DNA from: Vulcanimicrobiota bacterium
GTDB lineage: Bacteria; Vulcanimicrobiota; Vulcanimicrobiia; Vulcanimicrobiales; Vulcanimicrobiaceae
DNA: 64,000 bases
Direction of reading: 5' to 3'
Assembly: GCA_963714015.1 (NCBI GenBank)
Contig: OY970223.1
Coordinates: forward strand, 3,040,001 to 3,104,000
Position 1 is the stretch's first letter. Every line of letters starts with the position of its first letter. Both the position numbers and the translations under genes were made by a program. Under the pieces are notes generated by a model. It did not search any database, was not told the origin of the DNA, and worked only from the letters and a program-made list of their open reading frames with translations. Shown in pieces: positions 26,873-37,423 of this stretch.

Positions 26873-28816
26873 ATGAAATATCAAGCACTTGCCGTCGCAG
26901 CGGCACTCAGTCTCTCGCTTCTGACCGCGGGCCCGGCCCGCGCACAGGGCGCCTACCGCTTCGATACGCCGGTGGCGACGCAGAGCGCACCCGAGACCAT
27001 TGTGCTCGATGCGCGCAAAGCGCCGATAGGCCTGGCGTATTCCCACATGGTTATTCCGGTTCGTCCCGGACCGTTCACTATCGATTACCCGCAGTGGATT
27101 CCGGGCGAACACGGGCCGACGGGCCCCCTCAGCGACGTCTCCGAATTGCGTGTGAGCGCGAACGGCCGTCCGCTGGACTGGCACCGCGATCAGGTCGATC
27201 TCTACGCCTTCCATATGAACGTTCCGCAGGGCGTGAACGCGATTCACGTCGACTTTACCGTGCTGTTGAACGGTAACGGCGGACCGATGGCGACGCGCAA
27301 CATCATGGTTGGCAATTGGAATCGCTACATCTTCTACCAGCGCAACATCGATAACACTCAGTACTACGTCAAGGCGTCGATGATCTTGCCGTCCGGTTGG
27401 GATTATGCATCCGCACTTCCGCTCGCGTCGCGCAACGGCGATCATGTGGACTTCAACACCGTAACGCTGGAGACGCTGGTCGATTCACCAACCGACCTGG
27501 GACGTTACGTCAAACACTATACCACTTGGTCCGGTGACGGCGCCAACGCGTACTTGGATCTTTTCGCAGACGCGCCGGAAGATCTCAAGATCGACGACAA
27601 AACGATCGACGCGTACAAACGGCTCGTTCCCGAAGCGATGGCGCTCTATGGAGGCCGCCATTGGAACGTCTACCACGCCGAGCTCACGCTTAGCGATACG
27701 CTTGGCTTCCAGGGCATCGAGCACCATCAGTCCAGTGACGACCGCGCCAACGATTCGTTCATGACGAGTCCGATGGCGCAAATGGCCGGGGGTGACCTGA
27801 TTCCGCACGAGTTTTCACACTCGTGGAACGGCAAATACCGCCGGCCGTTCGATCTTCAGCAGCCGGACTACAACGAACCGTATCCCGAGCATACGGAACT
27901 TCTCTGGCAGTATGAGGGCATGAACCAGTACATGGGTGATATGCTCTCCTTCCGCTCCGGCATTCGCGATCCCAAAGATTACCCTGAGTATTTGGCTTCG
28001 CTGTACGCGCGTTTCGCATATGAGCCCGGACGAAATACGACGCCGATCATCGACACCACGACGGGCGCGCCGTACTACTACTGCTGCGCGCGAGGCGTGT
28101 ATCCGACGATCCGGCGCACGGCGGGCGACTTCTACGGCGAAGGCGAGCTGATGTGGCTCGATGCCGATACGATCATTCGCGAACAATCGCACGGAACGAA
28201 ATCCCTGGACGATTACACGAAGGTCTTCGCCGGCGGCATATCCGCACCGAAAGTCGTAACGTACACCCGCGAAGATCTGGAAGGCTATCTCAATCAAGTC
28301 GTGCCGTACGACTGGCATGGGTTCTTCCAGAAATACGTGTACTCCATCGCTCCGCTGCCGCCGACGGACGAGATCCAGCGCGCGGGTTACAAGCTCGTCT
28401 TCACCGACAAGCCCAACAAGTTCGATGAAGCGCGCAGCGCGGCGTTCCACGGCATATCTTCGTGGTATGACGCCGGGATTGCCCTCAGCGGAAAAGGCAA
28501 CGTCACCGACGTGCGCGAGAACGGACCGGCGTGGAACGCCGGTTTAGCGCCCGGCATGCAGATCGTCGCAGTCAACGGCCGCGAGTTCAGCGGCGATTTG
28601 TGGACCCAGGCGGTTACCGACGCAAAGACCTCCACGGGGCCGATACGCTTGCGCATCAAGCAAGGCCACTGGTATTCGAGGATTGACCTCAACTACCACG
28701 ACGGCCTGAAATATCCGCATCTCGATCGCATTCCCGGAACGACGGACATGCTCTCGGAGATCATGGCGCCGCATGCGACGACCCAGCCGTCGCCGCAGCC
28801 GCGCTCTAAGCCCTAG
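26873..28816 (+). CDS. M61 metallopeptidase, tandem paralog
   Basis: Same motifs (HEFSHSWNGKYRRP); colinear with the preceding gene. Confidence 0.9.
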   Translation: MKYQALAVAAALSLSLLTAGPARAQGAYRFDTPVATQSAPETIVLDARKAPIGLAYSHMVIPVRPGPFTIDYPQWIPGEHGPTGPLSDVSELRVSANGRPLDWHRDQVDLYAFHMNVPQGVNAIHVDFTVLLNGNGGPMATRNIMVGNWNRYIFYQRNIDNTQYYVKASMILPSGWDYASALPLASRNGDHVDFNTVTLETLVDSPTDLGRYVKHYTTWSGDGANAYLDLFADAPEDLKIDDKTIDAYKRLVPEAMALYGGRHWNVYHAELTLSDTLGFQGIEHHQSSDDRANDSFMTSPMAQMAGGDLIPHEFSHSWNGKYRRPFDLQQPDYNEPYPEHTELLWQYEGMNQYMGDMLSFRSGIRDPKDYPEYLASLYARFAYEPGRNTTPIIDTTTGAPYYYCCARGVYPTIRRTAGDFYGEGELMWLDADTIIREQSHGTKSLDDYTKVFAGGISAPKVVTYTREDLEGYLNQVVPYDWHGFFQKYVYSIAPLPPTDEIQRAGYKLVFTDKPNKFDEARSAAFHGISSWYDAGIALSGKGNVTDVRENGPAWNAGLAPGMQIVAVNGREFSGDLWTQAVTDAKTSTGPIRLRIKQGHWYSRIDLNYHDGLKYPHLDRIPGTTDMLSEIMAPHATTQPSPQPRSKP

Positions 28817-29391
28817 CCACTACGACGGCGCGCTCGACGATTGCACCCGCGGAACGTAACACCGCCGCGCAATCCTCGAGCGTTGCCCCCGTCGTGACGA
28901 CGTCGTCGAGCAGCGTGACGCGCCGCCCGTCAAGCGATGCGCCGCGCCACGAAAAACGCCCGCGCGCGGCGAGCCTCGCGTCGCGATTCCTACCGCGCTG
29001 ACGATCGCCGGCCACTTGTTCCAATCCCAAAAGCGCCTCGGGGCCGCTGTACAGATACAGATGACCGGCGATGTATTCGCAGCCGTCGAATCCACGCTCT
29101 CGCCGCCGCGCCCGAGTTGTCGGAACCGGCACGGCCGGTTCATCAGCCGGAAGCAAGTTCCGCTAGCCGCTCCGAGAACGATCGCGCGACGTCTCGACGG
29201 CCGGCCTTGAGCGCAAGTACCGCCCGGCGCAACGGCCCTTCGTACTCGCCCAGCGCAGTAACGCAGAGCGTGGGAAGGTCGAAGCTCAGGTTGGTGTCCA
29301 CCGGCAGGCACCCCTCGCATATGCCCGTTCCGACTTTCGCGCAGCCTCCGCACATTGCGGGAAAGATGAATTCGATGATTTCTTGCAGCAC
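28806..29391 (-). CDS. comF: ComF-family phosphoribosyltransferase (frameshift near 29150)
   Basis: FP..CGGC.....ICEGC, PVP.....RRERGFD, LLDDVVTTGATL. Confidence 0.8.
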
Positions 29392-29451
29392 ATCGCGTCA
29401 TTCACGCTGCAATAGAAAGTGACAATCGTCATGGCAAGCAGTGCCGGGGTA

Positions 29452-30890
29452 ATGAGCGGGTGCTGACATTTTTGTTCGCTGCCGTTCTGTGGCGAGCCGA
29501 CGGATATTCGTCCCGCGACGGTCTCAACGAGCACCGTAGTCGCCGCCTATTCGCGCGCGCGAGGAACCGCCGCGAGCGCTGCAATCCTCGAACGGTACCG
29601 GTTAACTGCCGGAGCGATGGAGATCGATGCAACAGCGGCGATCAAAGCCGTCGACTATCGCATCGATGCTTCGGTGGATGATGCAGACTATTCGATGGGC
29701 CGCGATGGAGGAAAGCGCTGGCGGCGTACGCCGAACGGCGTCGTGCGTTTTATCGAAAGCGACGTCCAAGGGGACGAGTTGGACCGTTGGCCTGAAGCCG
29801 TCGTGGGCTTCGACGCCGCCACCTGCAGTGTCGCCGGGCAAAGCGATACTGCATGGGTCCTGACTTGTCGCGCGCCTTGGGACGTACCGCACTGGTTTTA
29901 TGTGGACAAGGAATCCGGAAGAGTCAGTCGTGAGGTGTCGCGCGAAGGCACGCGCGTTGTGCGTTACGACTTCTCTGATTTCCGCAACACGATAAACGGA
30001 ACGACGCCCTTCCATTGGACGATCTCCGGTTTTGGCGGCGATGCCGAAGTAGAGGTCGTTTCAGTGCAGGCGGCGCCCGCAACGATCCTTCTGCAATTCC
30101 GACCTCGGATGACGTCTTCGAAATGCCGCCCGGGGTTCGAGCGCTTCAACTTTCCGCTAAAGTCGGCTTTCCGATTCGAATTCCGGTCAGCGTAAACAGC
30201 CATCCGGAGACATTCATTTTAGACACGGGAACCTCGCAGATCCTAATGGACGCCGGCGCCGCAGCGCGCGCAGGACTGCACTCGACGCTCGGCCACGCGA
30301 TTGCGTCCGAAATGCGCGTCGGTGACGTCCTAGGGCGCAACATCGCAATGCAAATCGTGGACATTTTCCATGGTTCCGACGGCGACGGACTCTTGGGCAA
30401 TGACTTTTTTCGCGGCCACATCGTCCATATCGACTATAACACCGGCGACCTGGACTTGTTCGCTCGCGACGGTTTTACGCCGCCTGCCGACGCACTGCCG
30501 TTGACTATCGACTTTCGGGAGGGCATGCCGCTCGTGAGCGTGGAGGTAGACTCTGCGTTTCGCGATCGCTATCGCCATCGACACCGGCTCGGTCGATATT
30601 TTGCTTGGCCCAACGTTTTTCAGCGGTCCGGACGCCGCAACGTTCTCTCCAAATTACGGCCGCGAAATCGAAATGAATTTTCTCGAGGGACCGCTGAACG
30701 TTCAGCGGGGAAGAGTAGCCGCGCTCGGTTCGGTGGCGTCCGATTCACATCGGCGCCGGCCGATCTGATTCGACCACTGCCCAACGACTTGGACATTCCC
30801 TTGAACGGGATATTGGGCTGCAACATTCTCGCTACTTTGAATGGTGGTTCGACTACGACTCCAACCGCGCATGGATTCGCTACACCAAAA
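29452..30890 (+). CDS. Secreted protein with two retropepsin-like aspartyl protease domains; several frameshifts, boundaries approximate
   Basis: FILDTGT...DGLLGNDFF and AIDTGS...NGILG, spread over ORFs 29617..30195 and 30015..31070. Confidence 0.6.
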
Positions 30891-30933
30891 ACGCGTCCGG
30901 CAATCCTTGCGGACTGTTCCGGCGCTAGGGCAC

Positions 30934-31926
30934 TCAGGCTAACGAGGCATCGGGCTCATTGGCGACAATCGCGCTCTCGAGCAGCAGGCCCGGTTCAACG
31001 GTGTAGTTCATGCCGACAATCGTGTCGCGAAGGATGGCGTTGTCTCCGATTGTCGAGCCTTGCCAAATGATCGAACGCTCGACGCGCGCGCCCTTGCCGA
31101 CGCTGACGCGAGCGCCAATCACGCTGGGGCCGACGATCTTTGCCGTAGCGTCGATCTGCGCATCAGGGGCAATCCATGAGTCGCTGCTGACCGGCGAATG
31201 GCCGGGAATTTGGAACTTGCCGGTAACGACGTCGATGCTTGCCCGACGATACTCGCCCGGTGTGCCGATGTCGCACCAGTACGATGTCCCGGCATCGTAA
31301 CCGTAAAACGCCTGATTCGCTTCGACGAGCGCCGGAAATACTTGCTTTCCGAAATCGTAGAATTCGCCGGAGGGAATGTAATCGAATATCTGGGGTGAGA
31401 AGGCGTAAATGCCGGTGTTCACGAGATTGCTCAGTTCGGTTCCTTTTGCGGGCTTTTCTTGAAAACCCGTTATCCTGCCCGTTTCGTCGGTCACGACGAC
31501 ACCGTACTGATCGACTTCGTCGCGCTGCACCAGACCGATGGTCGCGATCGCCTTTCGGCTCCCGTGAAAATCGAAAAGCCGATCGAGTGGCAGATTCGTC
31601 AAGTCATCGCAACCGACGACCACGAACGGGGCGCCTGAAAGGAACGACTTCATCTGCTCGACGGCACCGGCGCTCCCGAGCAGCACCTTCTCGTGCAGAT
31701 ACTCAAGACGTACGCCGTATTGCGAGCCGTCGCCGAGCGCGTCGACGATCATCTGGGGCAGATAGTGCACGTTGATCGCAATGTCGTCGAAGCCGTAGGA
31801 TTTCAAATAACGGATCAAATGTACGGCGTTGGGTTCGCCCGCAACAGGGACCAGCGGTTTGGGCACTTGCTTGGTGAGCGGGTACAGACGCGTGCTGAGC
31901 CCGCCGGCGAGAATCATCGCCCTCAT
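30934..31926 (-). CDS. NDP-sugar pyrophosphorylase (mannose-1-P guanylyltransferase-like)
   Basis: ILAGGLSTRLYPLT...PKPL, FQEKP, WCDIG, C-terminal hexapeptide repeats. Confidence 0.9.
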   Translation of the reverse strand: MRAMILAGGLSTRLYPLTKQVPKPLVPVAGEPNAVHLIRYLKSYGFDDIAINVHYLPQMIVDALGDGSQYGVRLEYLHEKVLLGSAGAVEQMKSFLSGAPFVVVGCDDLTNLPLDRLFDFHGSRKAIATIGLVQRDEVDQYGVVVTDETGRITGFQEKPAKGTELSNLVNTGIYAFSPQIFDYIPSGEFYDFGKQVFPALVEANQAFYGYDAGTSYWCDIGTPGEYRRASIDVVTGKFQIPGHSPVSSDSWIAPDAQIDATAKIVGPSVIGARVSVGKGARVERSIIWQGSTIGDNAILRDTIVGMNYTVEPGLLLESAIVANEPDASLA

Positions 31927-31929
31927 CGG

Positions 31930-32670
31930 TTATACTTTCCCTTTCACGAAACGCGACCGGACGCTTTCGCCGGCAACGAGCAAGACAAATCGCGGCAGCG
32001 CTAATTGCCGCTTCCAGCGATGCGGCTCTTTGACGAGCCGGTACAGCCATTCCAGACCAAGCCGCCGCCACTCCTCCGGCGCCCGCTCCACTTTGCCGCT
32101 GATGACGTCGAACGATCCCCCCACGCCGATTCCGGCGCCGCATCCGGTCAACGGCAGGTATTGCGCCAGCCAGTACTCCTGTCGCGGAAACCCCATGCCG
32201 GCGAAGAGCAATCGCGCACCGCTTGCGCGAATCTGCGCCGCAACCTCCGCAGATTCAGCTTCGTTGAAATAGCCGTCGCGAGCGCCGGCCAGCAATAAAC
32301 CGGGATAGCGCTGCTGCAGCGTCCGAGCCGCCGCTTCGGCAACGCCGGGCGAACCGCCGAGCAAGTACACCGCAATCCCATCGCGTGCCGCGCGCCCGCA
32401 AAGATGTTCGATCAGCTCCACGCCGGTAACGCGTTCGCGCAGTGTCGCCCCCCGCGAGCGAGCCACTGCGAGAAGGCCCACTGTATCGCAAAGCGAGAGC
32501 GCGCAGGCGTTGATAATGTCCCGATACCCCCTATCGCGCTGCGCATGCACGACCATTTCCGTGCCCAACGTAACGATCTGCGCCCCGGCACCGCTGCGCG
32601 CAAAACGCAGAATCGCGTCGGCGGCCGCGTCGGCATCGATCGGATCTAGGCGACAGCCGAGAATTTCCAC
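31930..32670 (-). CDS. WecB/TagA/CpsF glycosyltransferase
   Basis: ERVTGVEL, GMGFPRQE, GVGGSFD, LGLEWLYRL..EP.RW.R. Confidence 0.93.
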   Translation of the reverse strand: MEILGCRLDPIDADAAADAILRFARSGAGAQIVTLGTEMVVHAQRDRGYRDIINACALSLCDTVGLLAVARSRGATLRERVTGVELIEHLCGRAARDGIAVYLLGGSPGVAEAAARTLQQRYPGLLLAGARDGYFNEAESAEVAAQIRASGARLLFAGMGFPRQEYWLAQYLPLTGCGAGIGVGGSFDVISGKVERAPEEWRRLGLEWLYRLVKEPHRWKRQLALPRFVLLVAGESVRSRFVKGKV

Positions 32671-33539
32671 TTTTCGATGAGCGGACGCAGCCCTCTCGCC
32701 ACTGCTTCAGGCATTGCATCCAATGGCAGACGGCATTGGCCGGCCGCGAAGCCGAGCTCACGCATCGCCCACTTAACCGCGATCGGATTCGTCACCGAGA
32801 ACAGTCCGTCGATGAGCGGCAACAGCGAGAGATGAATGCGCGCAGCTTCGTCCATGCGGCCCGCGCGATATGCGTCGACCATTTCCGCGTACTCGATCGA
32901 GCAAAGGTGTGATGCCACGCCGACCACGCCGTCCGCGCCCAGGGCCAAACACGGCAAGAATAAATGATCGTCACCCGCATACACGGTGAATCCCTCCCTG
33001 CGATCCTTGAGAATCATGCCGATCTGCTTGAGATCGCCGCTGGACTCTTTTACGCCGGCAATGTTGGCGTAGCGGCTCGCGAGATCCAGGAGTGTTTCGG
33101 GGAGCATGTTGGATCCGGTGCGGCCAGGGATGTTGTAGATGATGACGGGCAGCGACGTCGCTTGCGCAATTGCGCCAAAATGCGCGCGCATGCCGCTTTG
33201 CGGCGGCTTGTTATAGTAGGGCACGACGGCAAGAATCGCGTCGGCACCGGCCTTTTCCGCTGCGGCAACCGCCGCGACGGATTCGCGCGTATCGTTCGTT
33301 CCGGCATTCGCAATCAGCGTCGCGCGGCCGCCGACGGCGTCTTTCACCGCTCGAAACAGGGCGATCTGCTCGTCCGAGGTAAGCGTCTGCCCTTCGCCGG
33401 TCGAACCGGCGATCACCAGACCATCGTGGCGCCGATCCGCCAGCCAGATCGCCAGCCGCGCCGCTTCGCTGTAATTGACCTCGCCGCGTTCGTCGAACGG
33501 CGTAATCATCGCCGTCGCTATTCCGCCGAGCTTTTTCAT
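32646..33539 (-). CDS. dapA: 4-hydroxy-tetrahydrodipicolinate synthase
   Basis: TAMITPF, GSTGE, PYYNKP, YNIPGRT, GVKESSG, TNPIAVK. Confidence 0.96.
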   Translation of the reverse strand: MKKLGGIATAMITPFDERGEVNYSEAARLAIWLADRRHDGLVIAGSTGEGQTLTSDEQIALFRAVKDAVGGRATLIANAGTNDTRESVAAVAAAEKAGADAILAVVPYYNKPPQSGMRAHFGAIAQATSLPVIIYNIPGRTGSNMLPETLLDLASRYANIAGVKESSGDLKQIGMILKDRREGFTVYAGDDHLFLPCLALGADGVVGVASHLCSIEYAEMVDAYRAGRMDEAARIHLSLLPLIDGLFSVTNPIAVKWAMRELGFAAGQCRLPLDAMPEAVARGLRPLIEKWKFSAVA

Positions 33540-34759
33540 ACCGGCTCCCTCACGTTTTGATTTTGCTCCAGATGGAATTCGTCGTGAACCGCCTGTTCGG
33601 CCCGCTGGGCATCCGTCGACGGCACCAGCACCGAGATCGTGATGCTGCTGTCCGTGGTGTGGATGATTTCTACGTTTGCAGCCGAGAGCGCGTTCACGAC
33701 GCGATAGATGACGCCGGGCGTGTAGCGCATGCCCGCACCGACTACCGAAAGTTTGGAGCAACCTTCTCGAACCCGCACCGCCAAGTTGAGATCGCCGAGC
33801 AAGTGGCGAATCTCGCTGCCCCGATCTCCTTCCACCACAAACATCACGCCGGCTTGATTGATCGTTACTTGATCGATCGATATGCCGGCGTCAGCCATGC
33901 GTTGGAACATCTGCAGCTCCACTTGCATGCGACGATTCCGATCCTCGATATCGCCGCGAATGACGCGAATCCACGTGACACGTCCCGAGGCCGTAACGCC
34001 CGTGACCGGTTTCTCTTCGTCGACGTGCTCGTCGACGACGGTCCCAACTCCCGTGCGCAGCCCCTTGATCGCATACCGCGTCCCGGTCTTCTGCGCATAA
34101 TCGGCGGCCTTATGGTGCATCACTTTGGCGCCGTGCTGAGCCAGTTCCGTCATCTCTTCTAAGCCGGCGCGTTCGATCATGTGCGCGCCTTCGATTCGCC
34201 GCGGATCGCCGGTCATGGCACCGCTTACGTCCGTATAAATGTCGACGCTCTCGGCACCGAGTGCGTGTCCCAAAGCAATCGCGGTGAGATCCGTACCGCC
34301 GCGTCCGAGTGTCGTGATCTCGCCGGTTTCGGTGATGCCTTGAAAACCCGCGACGACCGGAATCGCACCGCTTTCCAGTACTTCGCGCACGCGCGCCGGC
34401 TCGACGCGCACGATCTTTGCATCGCCGCTCTTCGCGTTCGTGATGATACCTGCTTGCGCGCCCGTCAGCGGAACCGAAGCTAAACCCGCTTCTTCGAGCG
34501 CGGCCGCAAACACGGCTGCAGAAATGATTTCGCCGCACGCCAGCAGCATGTCGCTTGCGCGCGTGCCCGAACGCCCGCCGATCAACGCCAGAAGCGAATC
34601 GGTCGCATATGCGTCAGGCTCGCGGCCCATGGCGGAAACGACCGCTACGGGGCTACGTCCGCGTTCGCGCTCTTCACGAAGCCGCTCTATCGCGACGCCG
34701 CGCAGCTCCGGTGTGGAGACGGACGTTCCGCCGAATTTTAAAACGACGAACGCAGTCAT
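33536..34759 (-). CDS. Aspartate kinase with two ACT domains
   Basis: KFGGTSV, VVSAMG, GFQG, TLGRGG.D, TDV.G....DP. Confidence 0.95.
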   Translation of the reverse strand: MTAFVVLKFGGTSVSTPELRGVAIERLREERERGRSPVAVVSAMGREPDAYATDSLLALIGGRSGTRASDMLLACGEIISAAVFAAALEEAGLASVPLTGAQAGIITNAKSGDAKIVRVEPARVREVLESGAIPVVAGFQGITETGEITTLGRGGTDLTAIALGHALGAESVDIYTDVSGAMTGDPRRIEGAHMIERAGLEEMTELAQHGAKVMHHKAADYAQKTGTRYAIKGLRTGVGTVVDEHVDEEKPVTGVTASGRVTWIRVIRGDIEDRNRRMQVELQMFQRMADAGISIDQVTINQAGVMFVVEGDRGSEIRHLLGDLNLAVRVREGCSKLSVVGAGMRYTPGVIYRVVNALSAANVEIIHTTDSSITISVLVPSTDAQRAEQAVHDEFHLEQNQNVREPV

Positions 34760-35664
34760 GAGGCGCGGCGAGACATCAGCAATTCGAGAATCTGCACGCC
34801 GTTCGTGGCCGCCCCTTTGCGCAGTTGATCGCCGACGATCCACATTTGGAAACGCCGCCCGTCGCAGGGGCGCAAACGGGCGACGTGCACCATATCGGTG
34901 CCTTCGACCTCGCGCGGGGTAACGATCCCGTGCGGATGAAACACGATTCCGGGCGCGCGCTGCAAGGCCGCGCTCAGTTCATCTACCGTCGTGTCACGCT
35001 CGGTCTCGAAAAACACCGCTTCGGAATGTGCCGTGCGAACCGGAACGCGCACCGTGGTCGCAAAGAGCGGCAGCTCCGGAAGCTCGAGCACTTTGCGAGT
35101 CTCCTCGCGCACCTTGTCCTCTTCGCTCGTATAGCCGTTGGGCTCCATCGTCCCGATCTGCGGCACGACGTTGCCAATGACGTTGCCTTCACCGCGTTCG
35201 AACTCTTCCAGCGCGGCCCGTCCCGCACCGCTTATTGCTTGGTACGTCGCGACATTGACGTGTGCCAGCCCCGCGGCGTCTCGAACCGGTGCAAGTGCAA
35301 CGCACAGGATGATCGCCGTGCAGTTGCCGATCGGAAAAAGGCGATCCTGAGGACGAACGGCGTGCGCGTTTACCTCGGGAACTATCAGCGGCACGTCGGG
35401 CGTCAGGCGAAACGTGGAGTCGTTGTCGATCACGATCGCGCCGCGGTCGATCAGCGCCGGCGCGTACTGCAAGCTCGCGTCCTCCGAGCTGGCGAAAAAC
35501 ACGGCGTCGAAATCGGCCAGCGCCTCGTGCGTCGTTGCCTGCACGTTATCGCGCGTGCGCGACGCGAACAATCCCAAACGATCCACGGGCACGCGCCGCT
35601 CCTCGAGCACACGAACGATGGTCTCACCGACGACGCCGGTCGCTCCGACGACGGCTATGTTCAC
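34756..35664 (-). CDS. asd: Aspartate-semialdehyde dehydrogenase
   Basis: VGATGVVG, PEVN, NC, YQAISGAG, VRVP...HSE, D.LRKGAA.N. Confidence 0.95.
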   Translation of the reverse strand: MNIAVVGATGVVGETIVRVLEERRVPVDRLGLFASRTRDNVQATTHEALADFDAVFFASSEDASLQYAPALIDRGAIVIDNDSTFRLTPDVPLIVPEVNAHAVRPQDRLFPIGNCTAIILCVALAPVRDAAGLAHVNVATYQAISGAGRAALEEFERGEGNVIGNVVPQIGTMEPNGYTSEEDKVREETRKVLELPELPLFATTVRVPVRTAHSEAVFFETERDTTVDELSAALQRAPGIVFHPHGIVTPREVEGTDMVHVARLRPCDGRRFQMWIVGDQLRKGAATNGVQILELLMSRRAS

Positions 35665-36386
35665 TTGAAAAGGCGCTCCCCGGAGGCGCCGCTCAAAAAC
35701 ACGTCTAGCCCGACGTGCAGGCCGCGCAAATTACGGGCGTTGCGAACGGCGAGCAGAATGCCCGCTGCAAAAGACGCCGCCGAGAGCGAGTCGTGGCGAA
35801 TCGTGAGAAGCTCGCCGGTGTTTCCGCAGATGACTTCTTGGTGAGAGACGGCGCCTTGAAGCCGCACGCTGTGAATCGGAACGTTTGCCGGTCCGCCGGC
35901 CGCGCGAATCCGCTCCGCGGTCGCGGAAGCCGTTCCGCTGGGTTTGTCTCGTTTATCGTGACGATGCGTCTCGACGATCTCGATCGTCGGGAAATACCGC
36001 GCGGCTTCTTCGGCAAATCGCATCATCAAGACGGCTCCGATGGCAAAATTCGGCACGATCAGCGCGCCGAGATTGTGCTTCGACGCCAGGGCGTTAAGTT
36101 CGGCACGATCGTTCTCGTCCCACTCGCTCGAGCCAACAATCGGAAAAACCCCATGCTCGAGGCACGCCCGCGCAGCCTGCTGCGTGACGGGCCGCACCGT
36201 GAAGTCGACGAGCACGTCGGGCGTGGTCTCGCGCAGCAGCACTTCGAGATTGCCGTAAATGCGTTCCGCCGGATCGGCGCTGCGCGCGAAACCGCCCGCG
36301 AACTCCAAATCCGGCGCCGCGTCGATTACCTGCCGCGTGAGCCGCCCCATGCGGCCCGACGCGCCCGAAACGGCGACCTTCAGCAT
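35661..36386 (-). CDS. dapB: 4-hydroxy-tetrahydrodipicolinate reductase
   Basis: GASGRMG, DFT, PNFAIG, ETH...K.D.PSGTA. Confidence 0.95.
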   Translation of the reverse strand: MLKVAVSGASGRMGRLTRQVIDAAPDLEFAGGFARSADPAERIYGNLEVLLRETTPDVLVDFTVRPVTQQAARACLEHGVFPIVGSSEWDENDRAELNALASKHNLGALIVPNFAIGAVLMMRFAEEAARYFPTIEIVETHRHDKRDKPSGTASATAERIRAAGGPANVPIHSVRLQGAVSHQEVICGNTGELLTIRHDSLSAASFAAGILLAVRNARNLRGLHVGLDVFLSGASGERLFK

Positions 36387-36584
36387 CCGCTCCCCCAAGC
36401 CAGGGATATCGCTTCGTGTTTAGGGTATTCGGATTCTATTGTCGGTTCCTGCCAAGGACGACGCGGGTTGCACGCCTTAACAACCCGGGCCTGTGTTGAA
36501 TTGCTGTCTCATCGCCGGTTGCATTGTGACGGTCAAGCGTTGGTAGTAGATGTCCCGTCGCTTTGAAAGTTGCATGCCGAAAAA

Positions 36585-37288
36585 TTAGAACATGGCGTCG
36601 ATTTTTATGCGCCTTGCATCGCTAACGCCGGCCTGCCGCAATATTGCATCGAGGGCCGCGTTGTCTGGCGGAACTCCAGCCTGACGAAACATGCGAAGGT
36701 CTAACTCAATACCCTCCATCGCTGCGGGCTCGTAATTGTTGTGCAGCTGCGCTTGGTAGTTTGACCAAACGAGTTTAGCGTCGTTAGCCTTATTAGCCGC
36801 AATGTATTCCGCCCGGGCCTTCGGGTCCGAAATTTGGTCCGAGTTCGGGCATGAGCCAAGTCTACCCCAAGGCTCAGGCGGAGGTACGCAGCCCGCCGTG
36901 GGGAGGTCTTTGAGATCGTGCGGGTCATACGCTGGGTCGTAAACGCTTTCAATGTGTCGTAGTACCTGCGCCCAACCCTGAATTAGGTGGCGACGCCGCA
37001 ATATATATCCTTGAGCTTGACGATGGCGACAAGTCAACGGCGGCAGTAATATCCTCTATCGCAATATCGAGGTCATTGAGGGACCGGGATTGCTCAAAAC
37101 GTCGGAGCGCTTCCGTCGCTCGGGGAATAAACGCCTCGGCACGAGCGCCCATAGCAGTCTGTCATCGGGGTGTTAGTCGTCGACTGCGCTTCCGCAATTT
37201 CTTGTCTCGGCAGCATAAAACATAGGGCTACGCAGCAAGCGATTCTTAGGATACTTCCGTATCGAAACTCCGGTGACATCGTTCTCAT
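36585..37288 (-). CDS. Hypothetical secreted protein, split by frameshifts
   Basis: Three overlapping ORFs (37094..37288 with a signal peptide, 36949..37152, 36585..37037) that read as one gene. Confidence 0.45.
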
Positions 37289-37423
37289 AAGACGCTCCTT
37301 AAAATCCGTGTCGGGACATTAAGAAAACGCCCGGGAGCGGTCAACAACGTATTTCCGATTTGTATGTTAGAAGATCGGGGACGGCTTGCTGACCTCACCA
37401 ACAATGACATCCGAATCGTGTTT

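Noticed and set aside
25563..26906. Long antisense ORFs here and at 4875..5864, 34825..35844, 38020..39024 and 41822..43027
   Set aside because: Shadow ORFs opposite well-supported genes, typical of high-GC DNA.
37285..37423. C-terminal extension of PcrA
   Set aside because: Better explained by one missing base before the usual ...APLEKL* end.
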